From NCBI GenBank assembly GCA_031273265.1, contig JAISSH010000064.1, positions 1-60,864 on the forward strand: a stretch of 60,864 nucleotides of DNA, read 5' to 3'. How positions within the stretch are numbered: the first letter of the stretch is position 1; every line of letters begins with the position of its first letter. Made by a program: the position numbers and the translations under genes. Positions 50,833 through 60,864 of this stretch are shown piece after piece. The notes below the pieces were generated by a model, which worked only from the letters and a program-made list of their open reading frames with translations, made no database searches and was not told where the DNA came from. Source of the stretch: Treponema sp. GTDB taxonomy: Bacteria > Spirochaetota > Spirochaetia > Treponematales > Breznakiellaceae.

Positions 50833-53427
50833 TTGTTCAAAGGATTAACACAGCGGGTTCAGAGGCTTCTTTCGATAAACGCTCAGGAAGAGGCGCGGCG
50901 TTTCAATTCCGACCAGCTCTTGCCGGAGCATATTATTATCGCCATGCTCAAAGAAGGCGGGGGAACCGCCTGCAAAGCGCTGATGTTTTTGCGTATCGAC
51001 TTGGGCGAATTCAAACATATACTTGAAAGTTCCATTCCGCGCATTCCCGGTCTTATAATACGCGGAGAAGTTCCTCCTTCAAAACGCACCAAGAATATGC
51101 TGGACGTTGCAACAGAAGAGGCAAGGGCGATGGGGAGCGATTTCCTTGGTACGGAGCATCTTCTTTTTGCCGCCATGCGCGAACAGGATTCAAGCGTTCA
51201 GGTGTACCTTAACCAGCGCGCCGTGGATAACGATATGATGAAGGTGATAATCCAGACCACTTTCAGTCAGCCGGGCTCAAGGAGCGACGGCGAATATGTG
51301 AGCGCGCAAAGATACCAGCCCTACCTTATTCACAGGGAAAGAACGGCTGTCCAAAGTAAAAACGGCACTGAGACGGAACGCCATGTTCCGCGCATAAAGC
51401 CGGCGACCTATCCTGTGCTTACCCCTATTCTTGATAATTTTTCGCGCGATCTTACCGCGTTCGCCAGGGCTGGGAAGATGGACCCGGTTGTCGGCAGGAA
51501 AGCCGAAATAACCCGCGCCGTGCGTATTCTTGCGCGCAGGACAAAGAACAACCCTATTTTGGTCGGAGAGCCGGGCGTCGGGAAAACCGCGATAGTTGAA
51601 GGACTCGCACAGCTTTTGGTGAGCGAGGCTGTCCCCGAAGCGCTTTCCGGCAAACGAATACTGAGCCTTGATATGGGAATGATAGTCGCCGGAACAAAGT
51701 ACCGAGGCGAATTTGAAGAGCGGATAAAAAAAATACTGCGCGAAGTGAATCAGGCGGGAAATATCATTCTGTTTATTGACGAAATACATTCGATAATCGG
51801 CGCGGGCGGCGCGGAGGGAACTCTTGACGCGTCGAATATGTTAAAGCCGGGACTTTCGCGCGGCGAGATACGCTGTATAGGAGCTACGACGTTAGCTGAA
51901 TACCGCAAGCATTTTGAAAAAGACGCCGCTCTTGAACGCCGCTTTCAGGCGGTAATTGTTGAAGAGCCGTCATTCGATGATACTCTGGAAATTTTGAAAG
52001 GCATCCGTAAAAAGTATGAAGAACACCATCAGGTGGCGTATACCGAAAGCTCGCTCCTTCTTGCGGCAAAACTCGCGCAGCGTTACATAATGGGCAGGTT
52101 TATGCCGGACAAGGCAATTGATATTCTTGACGAAGCGGGAGCAATGCGAAAACTTGAGACGCGCGAACAGCCGCCTGAAATTACCGGTCTTGAAGCCGAA
52201 ATCGGCAAGTTATGTGATGAAAAGAGCGTGTATGTAAGCGCGCAGGATTACGAACGCGCCGCCGAGGTGAGGGACAAAGTACGTCTGTTAAGGGCGCGGC
52301 TTGAGGCGGCTCAGGAGGCGTGGCAAAACGCGTCAATGAACGAGCGTCCGCGTGTAACCGATGACGATGTGCGCCGCGTAGTAACCGAAGCCACCGGAAT
52401 TCCCGTGATGCACCTTGAAGAGCAGGAATCCCGCCGTCTTCTGCAGATTGAAGATGAACTGCACAAAAGCGTGATAGGGCAGGACGACGCTATAACGCGA
52501 ATCGCATCCGCTATCAGGCGATCAAGGGCGGGAGTTTCTTCGCCGCGCCGACCGATGGGCTCTTTCATTTTCCTTGGTCCGACCGGCGTTGGAAAGACCC
52601 TTCTTGCGAGAAAACTCGCGCAGTATCTTTTCGCGGATGAAGACGCCCTTGTTCGCATCGACATGTCCGACTTTATGGAAAAACACAACGCTTCCCGTCT
52701 TGTAGGCGCGCCGCCGGGCTATGTCGGTTATCAAGAAGGCGGTATGCTCCCCGAAAAAATCAGGCGCAATCCCTACCGCGTGATCCTGTTCGATGAAATT
52801 GAAAAAGCGCATCACGATATTTTCAACATTCTACTGCAGGTGATGGAAGAGGGAGAATTGCGCGACAGTCTGGGACATACGGTCAATTTCCGCAACACGG
52901 TCATCATCATGACGAGTAACGCCGGCGTGCGTGAAATCTCAAAGGAATCGCGGCTTGGGTTCTCCTCTGGAAGCGGTCTGATGAGCGCGGGTGAAATTGA
53001 ATCGGCGGCGATGAGCGAACTGCGCCGGATTTTCAACCCAGAATTTATCAACAGAGTGGACGAAATCGTCGTCTTCAATACTTTGAACCGTAAGCAGATA
53101 GACGCCGTTTTCGACATTGAATTCGCCGAACTTTCCCGCCGCCTTGAGGAGCAGAATTACACTCTTAAAATAACTCCGGCGGCAAGACGCATTCTTATTG
53201 AAAAAGGCTGGGACCCCAAATACGGCGGCAGACCACTGCGCCGCACAATCCAGAAAGAGCTGGAGTGTCCGCTGTCTCAGCTTATTCTTGACGGGCGCTG
53301 GGAAGAGGGAGCCGTTATTACGGCGGACGGCAGAAACGGAAACATCAAATTAAGGGCAAAAAATCCCGTAACCGCCGAAGAAGAACCCGATGAGCTTGTA
53401 CTGAGCGCGCCGTTTGAGTTAACATGA
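50833..53427 (+). CDS. clpC: ATP-dependent Clp protease ATP-binding subunit (ClpC-like)
   Basis: Clp N-domain, [20 protein letters not shown]-like [25 protein letters not shown]. Confidence 0.92.
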   Translation: MFKGLTQRVQRLLSINAQEEARRFNSDQLLPEHIIIAMLKEGGGTACKALMFLRIDLGEFKHILESSIPRIPGLIIRGEVPPSKRTKNMLDVATEEARAMGSDFLGTEHLLFAAMREQDSSVQVYLNQRAVDNDMMKVIIQTTFSQPGSRSDGEYVSAQRYQPYLIHRERTAVQSKNGTETERHVPRIKPATYPVLTPILDNFSRDLTAFARAGKMDPVVGRKAEITRAVRILARRTKNNPILVGEPGVGKTAIVEGLAQLLVSEAVPEALSGKRILSLDMGMIVAGTKYRGEFEERIKKILREVNQAGNIILFIDEIHSIIGAGGAEGTLDASNMLKPGLSRGEIRCIGATTLAEYRKHFEKDAALERRFQAVIVEEPSFDDTLEILKGIRKKYEEHHQVAYTESSLLLAAKLAQRYIMGRFMPDKAIDILDEAGAMRKLETREQPPEITGLEAEIGKLCDEKSVYVSAQDYERAAEVRDKVRLLRARLEAAQEAWQNASMNERPRVTDDDVRRVVTEATGIPVMHLEEQESRRLLQIEDELHKSVIGQDDAITRIASAIRRSRAGVSSPRRPMGSFIFLGPTGVGKTLLARKLAQYLFADEDALVRIDMSDFMEKHNASRLVGAPPGYVGYQEGGMLPEKIRRNPYRVILFDEIEKAHHDIFNILLQVMEEGELRDSLGHTVNFRNTVIIMTSNAGVREISKESRLGFSSGSGLMSAGEIESAAMSELRRIFNPEFINRVDEIVVFNTLNRKQIDAVFDIEFAELSRRLEEQNYTLKITPAARRILIEKGWDPKYGGRPLRRTIQKELECPLSQLILDGRWEEGAVITADGRNGNIKLRAKNPVTAEEEPDELVLSAPFELT

Positions 53428-53457
53428 TTTTATTCGCAGGGTACGGAGGAAAAACCC

Positions 53458-53775
53458 ATGAAAGATGAAAGCCTTGTAATAACAGAAGAAAAAAAAGACG
53501 GAACATGCAGGCTTATAGCGAAGGGACGCATCGATTCCAACACTTCGGATATACTTCTCTTTAAGCTGGAAAGCGCGCTGGACGAGGGGCAGAAGGTGAT
53601 AATTTTGAATATGACTCAGGTTGAGTATCTGAGTTCTATCGGAATTCGGGTTATTCTGAAAATTTACAAGCAGGCGGTTGAAGCCGGCGGTACTTTCAAT
53701 ATTGAACGTCCCTCGCAAATTGTCAAAAATATTTTGGGTATGACCGCGCTAAAAGAAATGCTTGTAACACACTAG
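53458..53775 (+). CDS. STAS-domain anti-sigma-factor antagonist
   Basis: GRIDS and V.YLSSIGIR (phosphorylatable Ser). Confidence 0.88.
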   Translation: MKDESLVITEEKKDGTCRLIAKGRIDSNTSDILLFKLESALDEGQKVIILNMTQVEYLSSIGIRVILKIYKQAVEAGGTFNIERPSQIVKNILGMTALKEMLVTH

Positions 53776-53778
53776 CGT

Positions 53779-56073
53779 ATGTATTCAATAAGAGCAAAAA
53801 TTTTATCTGTCGTTCTGTTTTTTATCGCGGCAATAGGAGCCGCGTTTGTTATCTATTCAATATCAACAACCGTAAATTACAAACGCCTGCGTCTTGAGGG
53901 CATCGAAAAAATTGTCGATTTTGAAACGGAAAAGGTAAACAAAATAATAGCCGAGATTGAACGCGGCTCGGTTTTTTTCGCGATAGGCGGTATGCTCTGT
54001 TTCAAGGCGCAGTCGGAGGAGTTAGGTGAAAGTCTGGCGGTTGAGTACATCACCAGCTTTCCAATTTCTGTCGGCGGCGGTTTCTGGTTTGAGCCGTACG
54101 CTTTCAGAAAAGACCTCTCGCACGCCAGCGTTTACGCGTATTATGACAAAGCCGAAGAAAAGGTGCTGTTAGACGTATCTTCCACCGCGAATGAATACGA
54201 TTATCACAATATGGTCTGGTACCGCGATATTGTTGACAATGTTACGCGCCCATTTCAGGTTGTCTGGACGCGTCCCTATGTTGACGACGGCGGTTCGTTC
54301 AGCCTGATGACAACGGCGGGTTCAGGCATTTTTGACGACGACGGAAAACTTATCGCGATATCAACGGTGGATTGGGAAATAGAGGAAGTCATCAGGGAAT
54401 TATCAGCCATCAGCCCGACTAAAAACAGTTTTGTTTTGCTGTGCGTACCGGAAAAAGATTACATTCTTTACAGCAGTCACAGCAAAACAGGCGATTCAAT
54501 AAAAACCATTCCCTGGGATATAAACGCGGATTCATTTACGTTTGACGGCGTTTATTACCTGCGTTTCGGCAAGGTTATGGATAACGGCTGGCTTTTGTCG
54601 GTTCAAATCCCTGAAAACGAAATTTTCTTTGAAGTGGAAAGACAAAACATTCGTTTTTCCATGATTTTCGCACTGTCGTCAGTTATAATACTGCTTCTTG
54701 CGTACGTTTTTGTTTCAAAGTTTATTAACGCGCCCATAACTCAGCTAACGACGGACGTATCGCAGCTTGCCATTGGAAATCTTGATACCAGTATAAAAAT
54801 ATCGTCTAACGATGAATTGGGTATGTTGGCGCAGACATTCAACAAGATGACAAGCGATTTGAAAAAATCCATAGAAGAAAGCGCCCATGAGCGCACGGAA
54901 AAGGAACGCATAGGCGCGGAACTGAATGTCGCCGCCGCGATACAGGCGAGTATGCTGCCGCGCCATTTCCCGCCGTTTCCCGACAGGACGGAATTCGATC
55001 TTTACGCTTCGATGATTCCGGCAAAGGAAGTTGGCGGCGATTTTTACGACTTTTATTTTATAGACAGAAATAATCTTGTGCTTGTAATAGCTGATGTTTC
55101 CGGCAAGGGTATTCCGTCCGCGCTTTTCATGGTAGTAGCGAGAACGCTTATCAAAAATTGCAGTTTCTGTAAAAGCCCGAAAGAAATTTTTGAATCGATT
55201 AACAAAAAACTCTGCGAGGGCAACGATGCGGGAATGTTTGTTACCTCGTTTATTGGCTTTTACAACATACCGTCTGGAAGATTTGTCTATGTCAACGCCG
55301 GTCACAATCCGCCGCTCTTAAAAAAGAAGAACGCTTCCTTTGAGTATATAAAGACCGCCCCCTGCCTTGTTTTGGCGTTTTTGAAAGACACAAAATATCG
55401 GCAGGAAGAAATTTATCTTGAAAGCGGCGACGCTCTGTACCTGTACACGGACGGCGTAACCGAAGCCATGAACGGCGGCAAGGAGTTGTTCGGCGAAGAG
55501 CGCCTTCAAACGTCTCTCAACAAAAATATGGACAGTTCCGCAAAAGATCTTCTTCATGCCGTGAAGCGCGACGTTGACAGCTTCGCCGCGGGAGCGGATC
55601 AGGCGGACGACATTACAATGCTCGCTCTAAAAGTCAGGGAATACTCATCTTCCGATTCGATTAAAAAATTAAAACTGGAAGCGAAAGTTGAAAACCTGTA
55701 CGTCGTAATGAGTTTAATAAACGCCGAACTTGAAGGACTGAAATACCCGTCCGATTTGCGAAATGAAATCAGCATCGCCGTTGAAGAAATTTTCATAAAC
55801 ATCGCGAATTACGCCTACGCCCCCGAAACCGGCTCCGTTACCGTTTCCATTTCCACTGTGGATAAAACGCTCATCAAATTTGAAGATTCAGGTCGCCCCT
55901 ACAACCCCCTTGAACAGCCGGAACCCGACCTGAAAAAACCCCTCATCGGACGCGAAATCGGCGGTTTGGGCGTGTTCCTAGTCAAAAAAATTATGGACAA
56001 GGTAGAATACTCCCGCCTTGACGATAAAAACATCCTTGTAATTACCAAAGAACACCCCGCGCCTTTAGGTTAA
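53779..56073 (+). CDS. Membrane Cache-HAMP-SpoIIE/PP2C phosphatase fused to an RsbW-like HATPase
   Basis: TM-Cache-TM, DELG.L...FNKM, EVGGDFYD, ADVSGKG, YTDGVTEA, DDIT; EEIFINIANYAY, D.G..YNP, GGLG. Confidence 0.9.
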   Translation: MYSIRAKILSVVLFFIAAIGAAFVIYSISTTVNYKRLRLEGIEKIVDFETEKVNKIIAEIERGSVFFAIGGMLCFKAQSEELGESLAVEYITSFPISVGGGFWFEPYAFRKDLSHASVYAYYDKAEEKVLLDVSSTANEYDYHNMVWYRDIVDNVTRPFQVVWTRPYVDDGGSFSLMTTAGSGIFDDDGKLIAISTVDWEIEEVIRELSAISPTKNSFVLLCVPEKDYILYSSHSKTGDSIKTIPWDINADSFTFDGVYYLRFGKVMDNGWLLSVQIPENEIFFEVERQNIRFSMIFALSSVIILLLAYVFVSKFINAPITQLTTDVSQLAIGNLDTSIKISSNDELGMLAQTFNKMTSDLKKSIEESAHERTEKERIGAELNVAAAIQASMLPRHFPPFPDRTEFDLYASMIPAKEVGGDFYDFYFIDRNNLVLVIADVSGKGIPSALFMVVARTLIKNCSFCKSPKEIFESINKKLCEGNDAGMFVTSFIGFYNIPSGRFVYVNAGHNPPLLKKKNASFEYIKTAPCLVLAFLKDTKYRQEEIYLESGDALYLYTDGVTEAMNGGKELFGEERLQTSLNKNMDSSAKDLLHAVKRDVDSFAAGADQADDITMLALKVREYSSSDSIKKLKLEAKVENLYVVMSLINAELEGLKYPSDLRNEISIAVEEIFINIANYAYAPETGSVTVSISTVDKTLIKFEDSGRPYNPLEQPEPDLKKPLIGREIGGLGVFLVKKIMDKVEYSRLDDKNILVITKEHPAPLG

Positions 56074-56093
56074 TTTTGCCCCCGAATTTAATT

Positions 56094-56119
56094 TAAACCT
56101 CAATAAAAAACGCCGATAT
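56094..56119 (+). promoter_or_regulatory. sigma28 (FliA)-type promoter of the flgN operon
   Basis: TAAA-N14-GCCGATAT upstream of the GAGGGG SD of a late flagellar operon. Confidence 0.7.
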
Positions 56120-56137
56120 GTAAAGAGGGGTAGAATC

Positions 56138-56647
56138 ATGATTTACGAGAAATGCAGGGATATACTCATTCGGGAATGTGCTCTTGTTCAGGAAGCCGCC
56201 GTTATACAGGAAAAACTGCGTCTGGCGGTTATTAACCGGGAATGGGCGGACTTTCAGAGCCGCGTAACCAGCATGAACGCTGTTGAAAACAAGCTGGCAA
56301 GCCTTGACGATGAACGGGAACGGCTTTTTACGGTTTTTGGGGCACTTGTTCAGAGGGAAAACTTTTCCGCCGCCAAGGACGCGAAGGGGCGTTTTTATGA
56401 AATGGTGTCTCTACTGCCGGAAAAACAACGAAATGATTTAACCTCCGTTTACCGCAGTCTCAAGCTGGAAGCGCTTAAATTGCGAATAGCGAACGACGCC
56501 CTTATGACTTACCTTGCGGGAGTAAAATCTTCGCTTAAGGAATTTTTTGACGCTGTTTTTCCGGAGCGCGGCGGAAAGATGTACACGAGCGACGGAAATC
56601 ATCTTTCACATGATATGCGAAGCATCGTGCTGAACAAGAGTTTCTAA
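56138..56647 (+). CDS. flgN: Flagellar export chaperone, FlgN-like
   Basis: Helical ~170-aa protein directly upstream of flgK; call rests mainly on synteny. Confidence 0.65.
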   Translation: MIYEKCRDILIRECALVQEAAVIQEKLRLAVINREWADFQSRVTSMNAVENKLASLDDERERLFTVFGALVQRENFSAAKDAKGRFYEMVSLLPEKQRNDLTSVYRSLKLEALKLRIANDALMTYLAGVKSSLKEFFDAVFPERGGKMYTSDGNHLSHDMRSIVLNKSF

Positions 56648-56660
56648 TAAGGAGAACGAT

Positions 56661-58550
56661 ATGACTTCAACATTTATGGGTTTGGAAATCGGAAGAAGGG
56701 GCTTGCATGCCCACCAGCAGGCATTAGCCACTACCGGTCATAACCTTGACAATGTTAAAACCGAAGGATATTCGCGGCAGAGGGTGGAAATTGTTCCCTT
56801 CGAGCCGATTTATCTTCCGGGGCTTAACCGCGCGCAGACGCCGGGACAAATTGGGCAGGGCGCGGTAGTCGAGCGCATCGAGCGCGTACGGAACGAGCTT
56901 TTGGACAAACGGATTGTTGCACAGGCTTCGGGAGAAGGTTACTGGACAGTCCGTGACCGCTATGTCAACGAAATGGAGCAGTTCTACCTTGAAACAGGCG
57001 CGAATTCAGTGCGAAGCAAAATGGATAAATTCTGGGACGGGTGGCAGGAACTATCTCAGCACGCCGCGGATAACGAATTCAGAACGGCTGTTCTTCAGCG
57101 CGGAAAGACGCTGATAGACGGTATTCATAATCATTTTAACAATTTGAAAAGACTTCAGGATCAGGCGGACGAGGATATTCAGATAACGGTTTCGCGCATA
57201 AACGAAATCACCCGCCAGATTGCCGCGCTTAATAAAGACATTACGCGAATTAAGGCGATTGGCGACAATCCCAACGATCTTATGGACAGGCGGGACCTTC
57301 TGGTTGACAAGCTTTCGTCCATAATTGACGTAACGGTAAGCAATAAAGACCCGGACGAATTTATGGTGCACACTTCCGGTCATGTGCTTGTGCAGGGACA
57401 GATCGCGCGTCAGTTTGATATGCGAAAAGATATTGACACCGAAGGCTACGCGTTCATTCACTGGCAGGACACAAAAGAAAATATTATTTTTACAAAGGGC
57501 AGTCTTGGAGCATTGATGGAACTGCGCGATTTTACAATTGAGAATGAAATTCAAAATCTTGACAATATGACCATGAATTTCACAGACCTTGTAAACGAGA
57601 TTCACAGCGAAGCCTACGGCGCGAACGGAACAACAGGAAACAATTTCTTTTCAGAATATCCCTTTGTTACAAACGTAAACGGAAACTACGACCGCTCAGG
57701 CGACGGTCTTTTCGATTCCAGTTATATTTACCGCATAAACGGGCAGAATTCGCTCGATTCACAGGCGCAGCCGGGTCTTGAAGGGGTAATGACTCTTTCC
57801 GGCGCGGAAGGCGACGTGGAAGTGCCGTACTATTCCACCGATACGGTGAATGACATTGTTACGCGAATTAACAATTCCGGCGCGGAAGTTGTCGCCCGCC
57901 TTAACCGCGACGGCAGACTTTCGCTTAAAGCGACTCCGGCGCAGACACTGAACGGTCAGCGGCTTAATCCCGATTTTGTTATACGCCATGTGGAAGATTC
58001 GGGGCATTTCCTTGTCGGCTACTCCGGCGTTCTTCTTCAATCGGGAGCGGAAGGCGCTTTTAGCTGGGACAGGGAAAACGCGGTAACAAGCCTTCGCGGA
58101 GGCGCGGAAGACTACGCGCTCGCTCCTGTCGCCCATCCGTCCGGCTGGATAGAAGTCAACCCGGCTCTTTTGAAAGACCCGACTTCAGTCGCCGCCGGTT
58201 TCGGCTACAACGGCAGGACGGCAAATCCCGGCAACGGAGACGCGGCGGCGGCAATCGCCTCGATCAGGAATACTCAGGTCATGGTCGGCAGTCATTCAAC
58301 ATTCGACGATTTTTTCGCCGATTCTGTCGGGCGCATCGCGCTTTTGGGAGAACAGTCGAGCCGCGCTCTGGAAACGGAAAATCGCATAATGAAATTCTTT
58401 ACCGACTGGAGACAGTCAGTTTCCGGCGTAAACATGGACGAAGAACTTACAAACATGATTCGCTATCAGCACGGCTACAATGCCGCGGCGCGTTTTATAA
58501 CGACGATGAATTCATTGTATGACACGATAATCAACCGCCTTGGAGTGTAG
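56661..58550 (+). CDS. flgK: Flagellar hook-associated protein 1
   Basis: GL.AHQQAL.TTGHN..N..TEGYSRQRV, NDLMDRRD, SVSGVNMDEE..YQ..YNAAA. Confidence 0.96.
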   Translation: MTSTFMGLEIGRRGLHAHQQALATTGHNLDNVKTEGYSRQRVEIVPFEPIYLPGLNRAQTPGQIGQGAVVERIERVRNELLDKRIVAQASGEGYWTVRDRYVNEMEQFYLETGANSVRSKMDKFWDGWQELSQHAADNEFRTAVLQRGKTLIDGIHNHFNNLKRLQDQADEDIQITVSRINEITRQIAALNKDITRIKAIGDNPNDLMDRRDLLVDKLSSIIDVTVSNKDPDEFMVHTSGHVLVQGQIARQFDMRKDIDTEGYAFIHWQDTKENIIFTKGSLGALMELRDFTIENEIQNLDNMTMNFTDLVNEIHSEAYGANGTTGNNFFSEYPFVTNVNGNYDRSGDGLFDSSYIYRINGQNSLDSQAQPGLEGVMTLSGAEGDVEVPYYSTDTVNDIVTRINNSGAEVVARLNRDGRLSLKATPAQTLNGQRLNPDFVIRHVEDSGHFLVGYSGVLLQSGAEGAFSWDRENAVTSLRGGAEDYALAPVAHPSGWIEVNPALLKDPTSVAAGFGYNGRTANPGNGDAAAAIASIRNTQVMVGSHSTFDDFFADSVGRIALLGEQSSRALETENRIMKFFTDWRQSVSGVNMDEELTNMIRYQHGYNAAARFITTMNSLYDTIINRLGV

Positions 58551-58570
58551 GGCGAAAAAGGAGATAGGTT

Positions 58571-59821
58571 ATGAAAAGAATATCGAGTGATATGCCGTTA
58601 AGCGACATTCAGTTTTATCTCAGGCGGCAGGAAGAACAGCTTTCAAACATTCAGGGAAAGATCGGCTCACAGAGCAGACTTCATCAATTAAGAGATGATC
58701 CCATCGCCGCGTCTCACGCCGTTCGCTATGAATCGTATCTCGCCCGTCTTGAACGCTTCGAAATAAACAACCAATACGCGATGGAACATTTCAGCAACAC
58801 CTACGATTATCTGAACGAGGCAAATTCCGTAATCCAGAGAATACGCGAACTTGCCGTAACAGGAGCGAACGGCGTCTATTCTCCCGATGATCTAAAAATT
58901 ATGGCGGTTGAAGTAAACGAACTGTTAAAAGAAATAGTGGCACTTTCCAACAAAACCGGACCCGATACAAAACAGGCATTTGCCGGCGACAAAGTTTACA
59001 CGGAGCCTTTCCGCATCGTGGAGGGAAGGGTAGACGGCGGCGAAGAGAACATGATAGTCCGCGTTGAATACCGAGGCTCAGGCGCGACACGAAGGGCTGA
59101 GATCAGCGACCGCACCTTTTTGGAACTTGACATGGGCGGGGACGAGGCGTTTTGGGCGGAGAAGATGCAGATTTTTTCTTCAGTAGACGCGACAGATTAC
59201 AGGGTGCAGAGCGCGGGCTCTTTCTTTATTGACGGAGTTGAAATTCAAGCGGCGGTCGGGGACACGTTACCCGCCATTGTCGCGAAGATCAACGATTCGG
59301 CGGCTCCGGTAAAAGCCTACATTGATCCGCAGAGCAGGGGACTTGCTCTTGAAGGAACAAGCGCGCACCTTATCCGCGCCGAAGACCGCGAAGGCGGCGC
59401 GACTGTGTTACGCGATCTGGGAATCATCAGGGGCAACATGGAAAACAACGCTCCCAACTGGGCTCCTTCGGCGCGTGTTGCCGGCGGCTCAATATTTGAC
59501 ATGGTAATCCGTCTGCGCGACGGAATGTTGAGGGGAGACAGTGAATTCGTCGGCAGTCAGGGAATCGCCGGAATGGATCTCGCCGTTAACAACATCGCCG
59601 TAAGAATGGCGGATGTCGGCAGCCGTCAGGAACGCGCCGAAATGACATGGGAGAGGATCAACAGGGAGATTCCGAACGTAACGAGTATGCTTTCCCGCGA
59701 GACCGGTCTTGATATGGCGGATGCGGCGACAGAATTGAAAATGGCGCAGTTCGCGCATCAGGCAAGCCTGCAAACGGCGGCGAGAATACTTCCCCCCACT
59801 TTGCTGGACTTCCTGAGATAA
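58571..59821 (+). CDS. flgL: Flagellar hook-associated protein 3
   Basis: Flagellin-like N-terminus (DDPIAA, RIRELAV.GANG), C-terminal TLLDFLR. Confidence 0.95.
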   Translation: MKRISSDMPLSDIQFYLRRQEEQLSNIQGKIGSQSRLHQLRDDPIAASHAVRYESYLARLERFEINNQYAMEHFSNTYDYLNEANSVIQRIRELAVTGANGVYSPDDLKIMAVEVNELLKEIVALSNKTGPDTKQAFAGDKVYTEPFRIVEGRVDGGEENMIVRVEYRGSGATRRAEISDRTFLELDMGGDEAFWAEKMQIFSSVDATDYRVQSAGSFFIDGVEIQAAVGDTLPAIVAKINDSAAPVKAYIDPQSRGLALEGTSAHLIRAEDREGGATVLRDLGIIRGNMENNAPNWAPSARVAGGSIFDMVIRLRDGMLRGDSEFVGSQGIAGMDLAVNNIAVRMADVGSRQERAEMTWERINREIPNVTSMLSRETGLDMADAATELKMAQFAHQASLQTAARILPPTLLDFLR

Positions 59822-59853
59822 AATAATTGTGAGATAATGCGGCAGGAGATAAA

Positions 59854-60294
59854 ATGAAAGTAGATACAAAGGCATTCGGGAACATTGAAGTAGATGAAAA
59901 GCAGAAATTAACAATTCCCGAAGGGCTTTACGGCTTTGAGGATTATGTCGAGTATGTTCTGATAGACGCGGAACATCAGCCTTTTTTCTGGCTCCAGTCC
60001 GTTGATGACAAAGAAATCGCGTTTGTGCTGATCAATCCCTTCCTTTTCCGCCCCGATTACGAAGTTAATATCGCCAACGAAGAGCTGAATGAAATTGGGA
60101 TAACGTCTCCAGAAAGCGCGCTTATATTCTCTATTGTTACAATTCCATCCGACGGAGGAATAATGACAGCTAACCTTCAGGGACCGCTTGTAATAAACAG
60201 GGAAACCATGACGGGAAAACAGGCTATCCTTTCGGACATACGCTGGAAAACAAGACATGACATTATCGCTGAATTGAACCGGATGGGGAAATAA
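59854..60294 (+). CDS. fliW: Flagellar assembly factor FliW
   Basis: [26 protein letters not shown]. Confidence 0.94.
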   Translation: MKVDTKAFGNIEVDEKQKLTIPEGLYGFEDYVEYVLIDAEHQPFFWLQSVDDKEIAFVLINPFLFRPDYEVNIANEELNEIGITSPESALIFSIVTIPSDGGIMTANLQGPLVINRETMTGKQAILSDIRWKTRHDIIAELNRMGK

Positions 60295-60296
60295 TA

Positions 60297-60524
60297 ATGC
60301 TGATACTTTCAAGAAAAGTAAACGAAAAAGTTGTAATCGGAGACGATATAACGGTTTCCATTATTGAAGTCCGCGGAGATCAGGTACGCATAGGCATTGA
60401 CGCCCCCAAAAAGATAAAAGTTTTCCGTCAGGAAGTTTTTGACGCAATCAAAGAAGAAAACAAAGCCGCATCCGAGTCCGCCGCCGTCATCCCGCAGGTA
60501 AACTTCGGTCCCGCCGTAAAATAA
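60297..60524 (+). CDS. csrA: Carbon storage regulator CsrA
   Basis: [24 protein letters not shown]. Confidence 0.96.
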   Translation: MLILSRKVNEKVVIGDDITVSIIEVRGDQVRIGIDAPKKIKVFRQEVFDAIKEENKAASESAAVIPQVNFGPAVK

Positions 60525-60601
60525 ATTATTCTGAACTAACTTTCCAGCGGGCTGTGCAAGTAAAAAAAAGTCACGCAACGTTATTCTCTACCTCAACGCC
60601 G

Positions 60602-60862
60602 CTAATCGCCGCCGTCAACGGGATCGCTATTATTGTAAAAATCCGCCAGAACTTTGAGTTTCGCGCGTATCTCGCCGATAAGAGCGACTGCGTCCTGTAA
60701 GTTTCGGACATTTCGTTCAGCCGCGACCGTAAGTTCGACAGCTATGCTTCTTGCTCTTGTATTGTTTTCTCGTAACCGGCGATTAATTCTCCGCTCTCGT
60801 TCAAGTTCGCCCTCAAGCCGTCTAACAGTCTCTGTTGCTCCTCTGTGTTCGCTATAGTATCT
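60602..60862 (-). CDS. 3' part of a coiled-coil ORF entering from the right edge (overlapped by a second, interrupted frame)
   Basis: Open for 87 codons: ..ATETVRRLEGELERERRINRRLRE..NLQDAVALIGEIRAKLKVLADFYNN..; absent from the ORF track. Confidence 0.55.
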   Translation of the reverse strand, partial: RYYSEHRGATETVRRLEGELERERRINRRLRENNTRARSIAVELTVAAERNVRNLQDAVALIGEIRAKLKVLADFYNNSDPVDGGD

Positions 60863-60864
60863 CT

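Noticed and set aside
60654-60857. Plus-strand 67-aa ORF in the track
   Set aside because: Antisense shadow of the more protein-like minus-strand frames.

Overview
Bacterial chromosomal window, most likely from a Treponema-like spirochete. The evidence is the rimP-nusA-infB-rbfA-truB-rpsO-pnp-dut-lptF-lptG-tgt gene order, a NusA with a C-terminal Zn-ribbon, the flgN-flgK-flgL-fliW-csrA operon and spirochete-type lipoproteins. GH43 and GH10 enzymes suggest a xylan-rich niche (inference). About 19-60 kb is mostly core genome. The first ~19 kb is accessory-rich: a met cluster, a GNAT toxin-antitoxin-like pair between palindromic repeats, a four-gene surface-protein operon, an HD-GYP regulator with a hybrid kinase, and an AT-rich cassette region with a CsgG-like gene and a small-protein/aspartyl-protease-SEC-C pair. 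The most striking unannotated signal is a leader ORF upstream of the surface operon that contains a C8 tract. At the present tract length it stops after 19 codons. Either one-base slip opens it all the way to the Shine-Dalgarno or start codon of the first operon gene, suggesting a phase-variable translational-coupling/polarity switch. Also notable are several apparently leaderless genes and a doubly coding, possibly phage-derived remnant at the right edge. All product calls come from motif recognition by eye; no database searches were run. No rRNA, tRNA, CRISPR array, transposase, integrase or reverse transcriptase was recognised.
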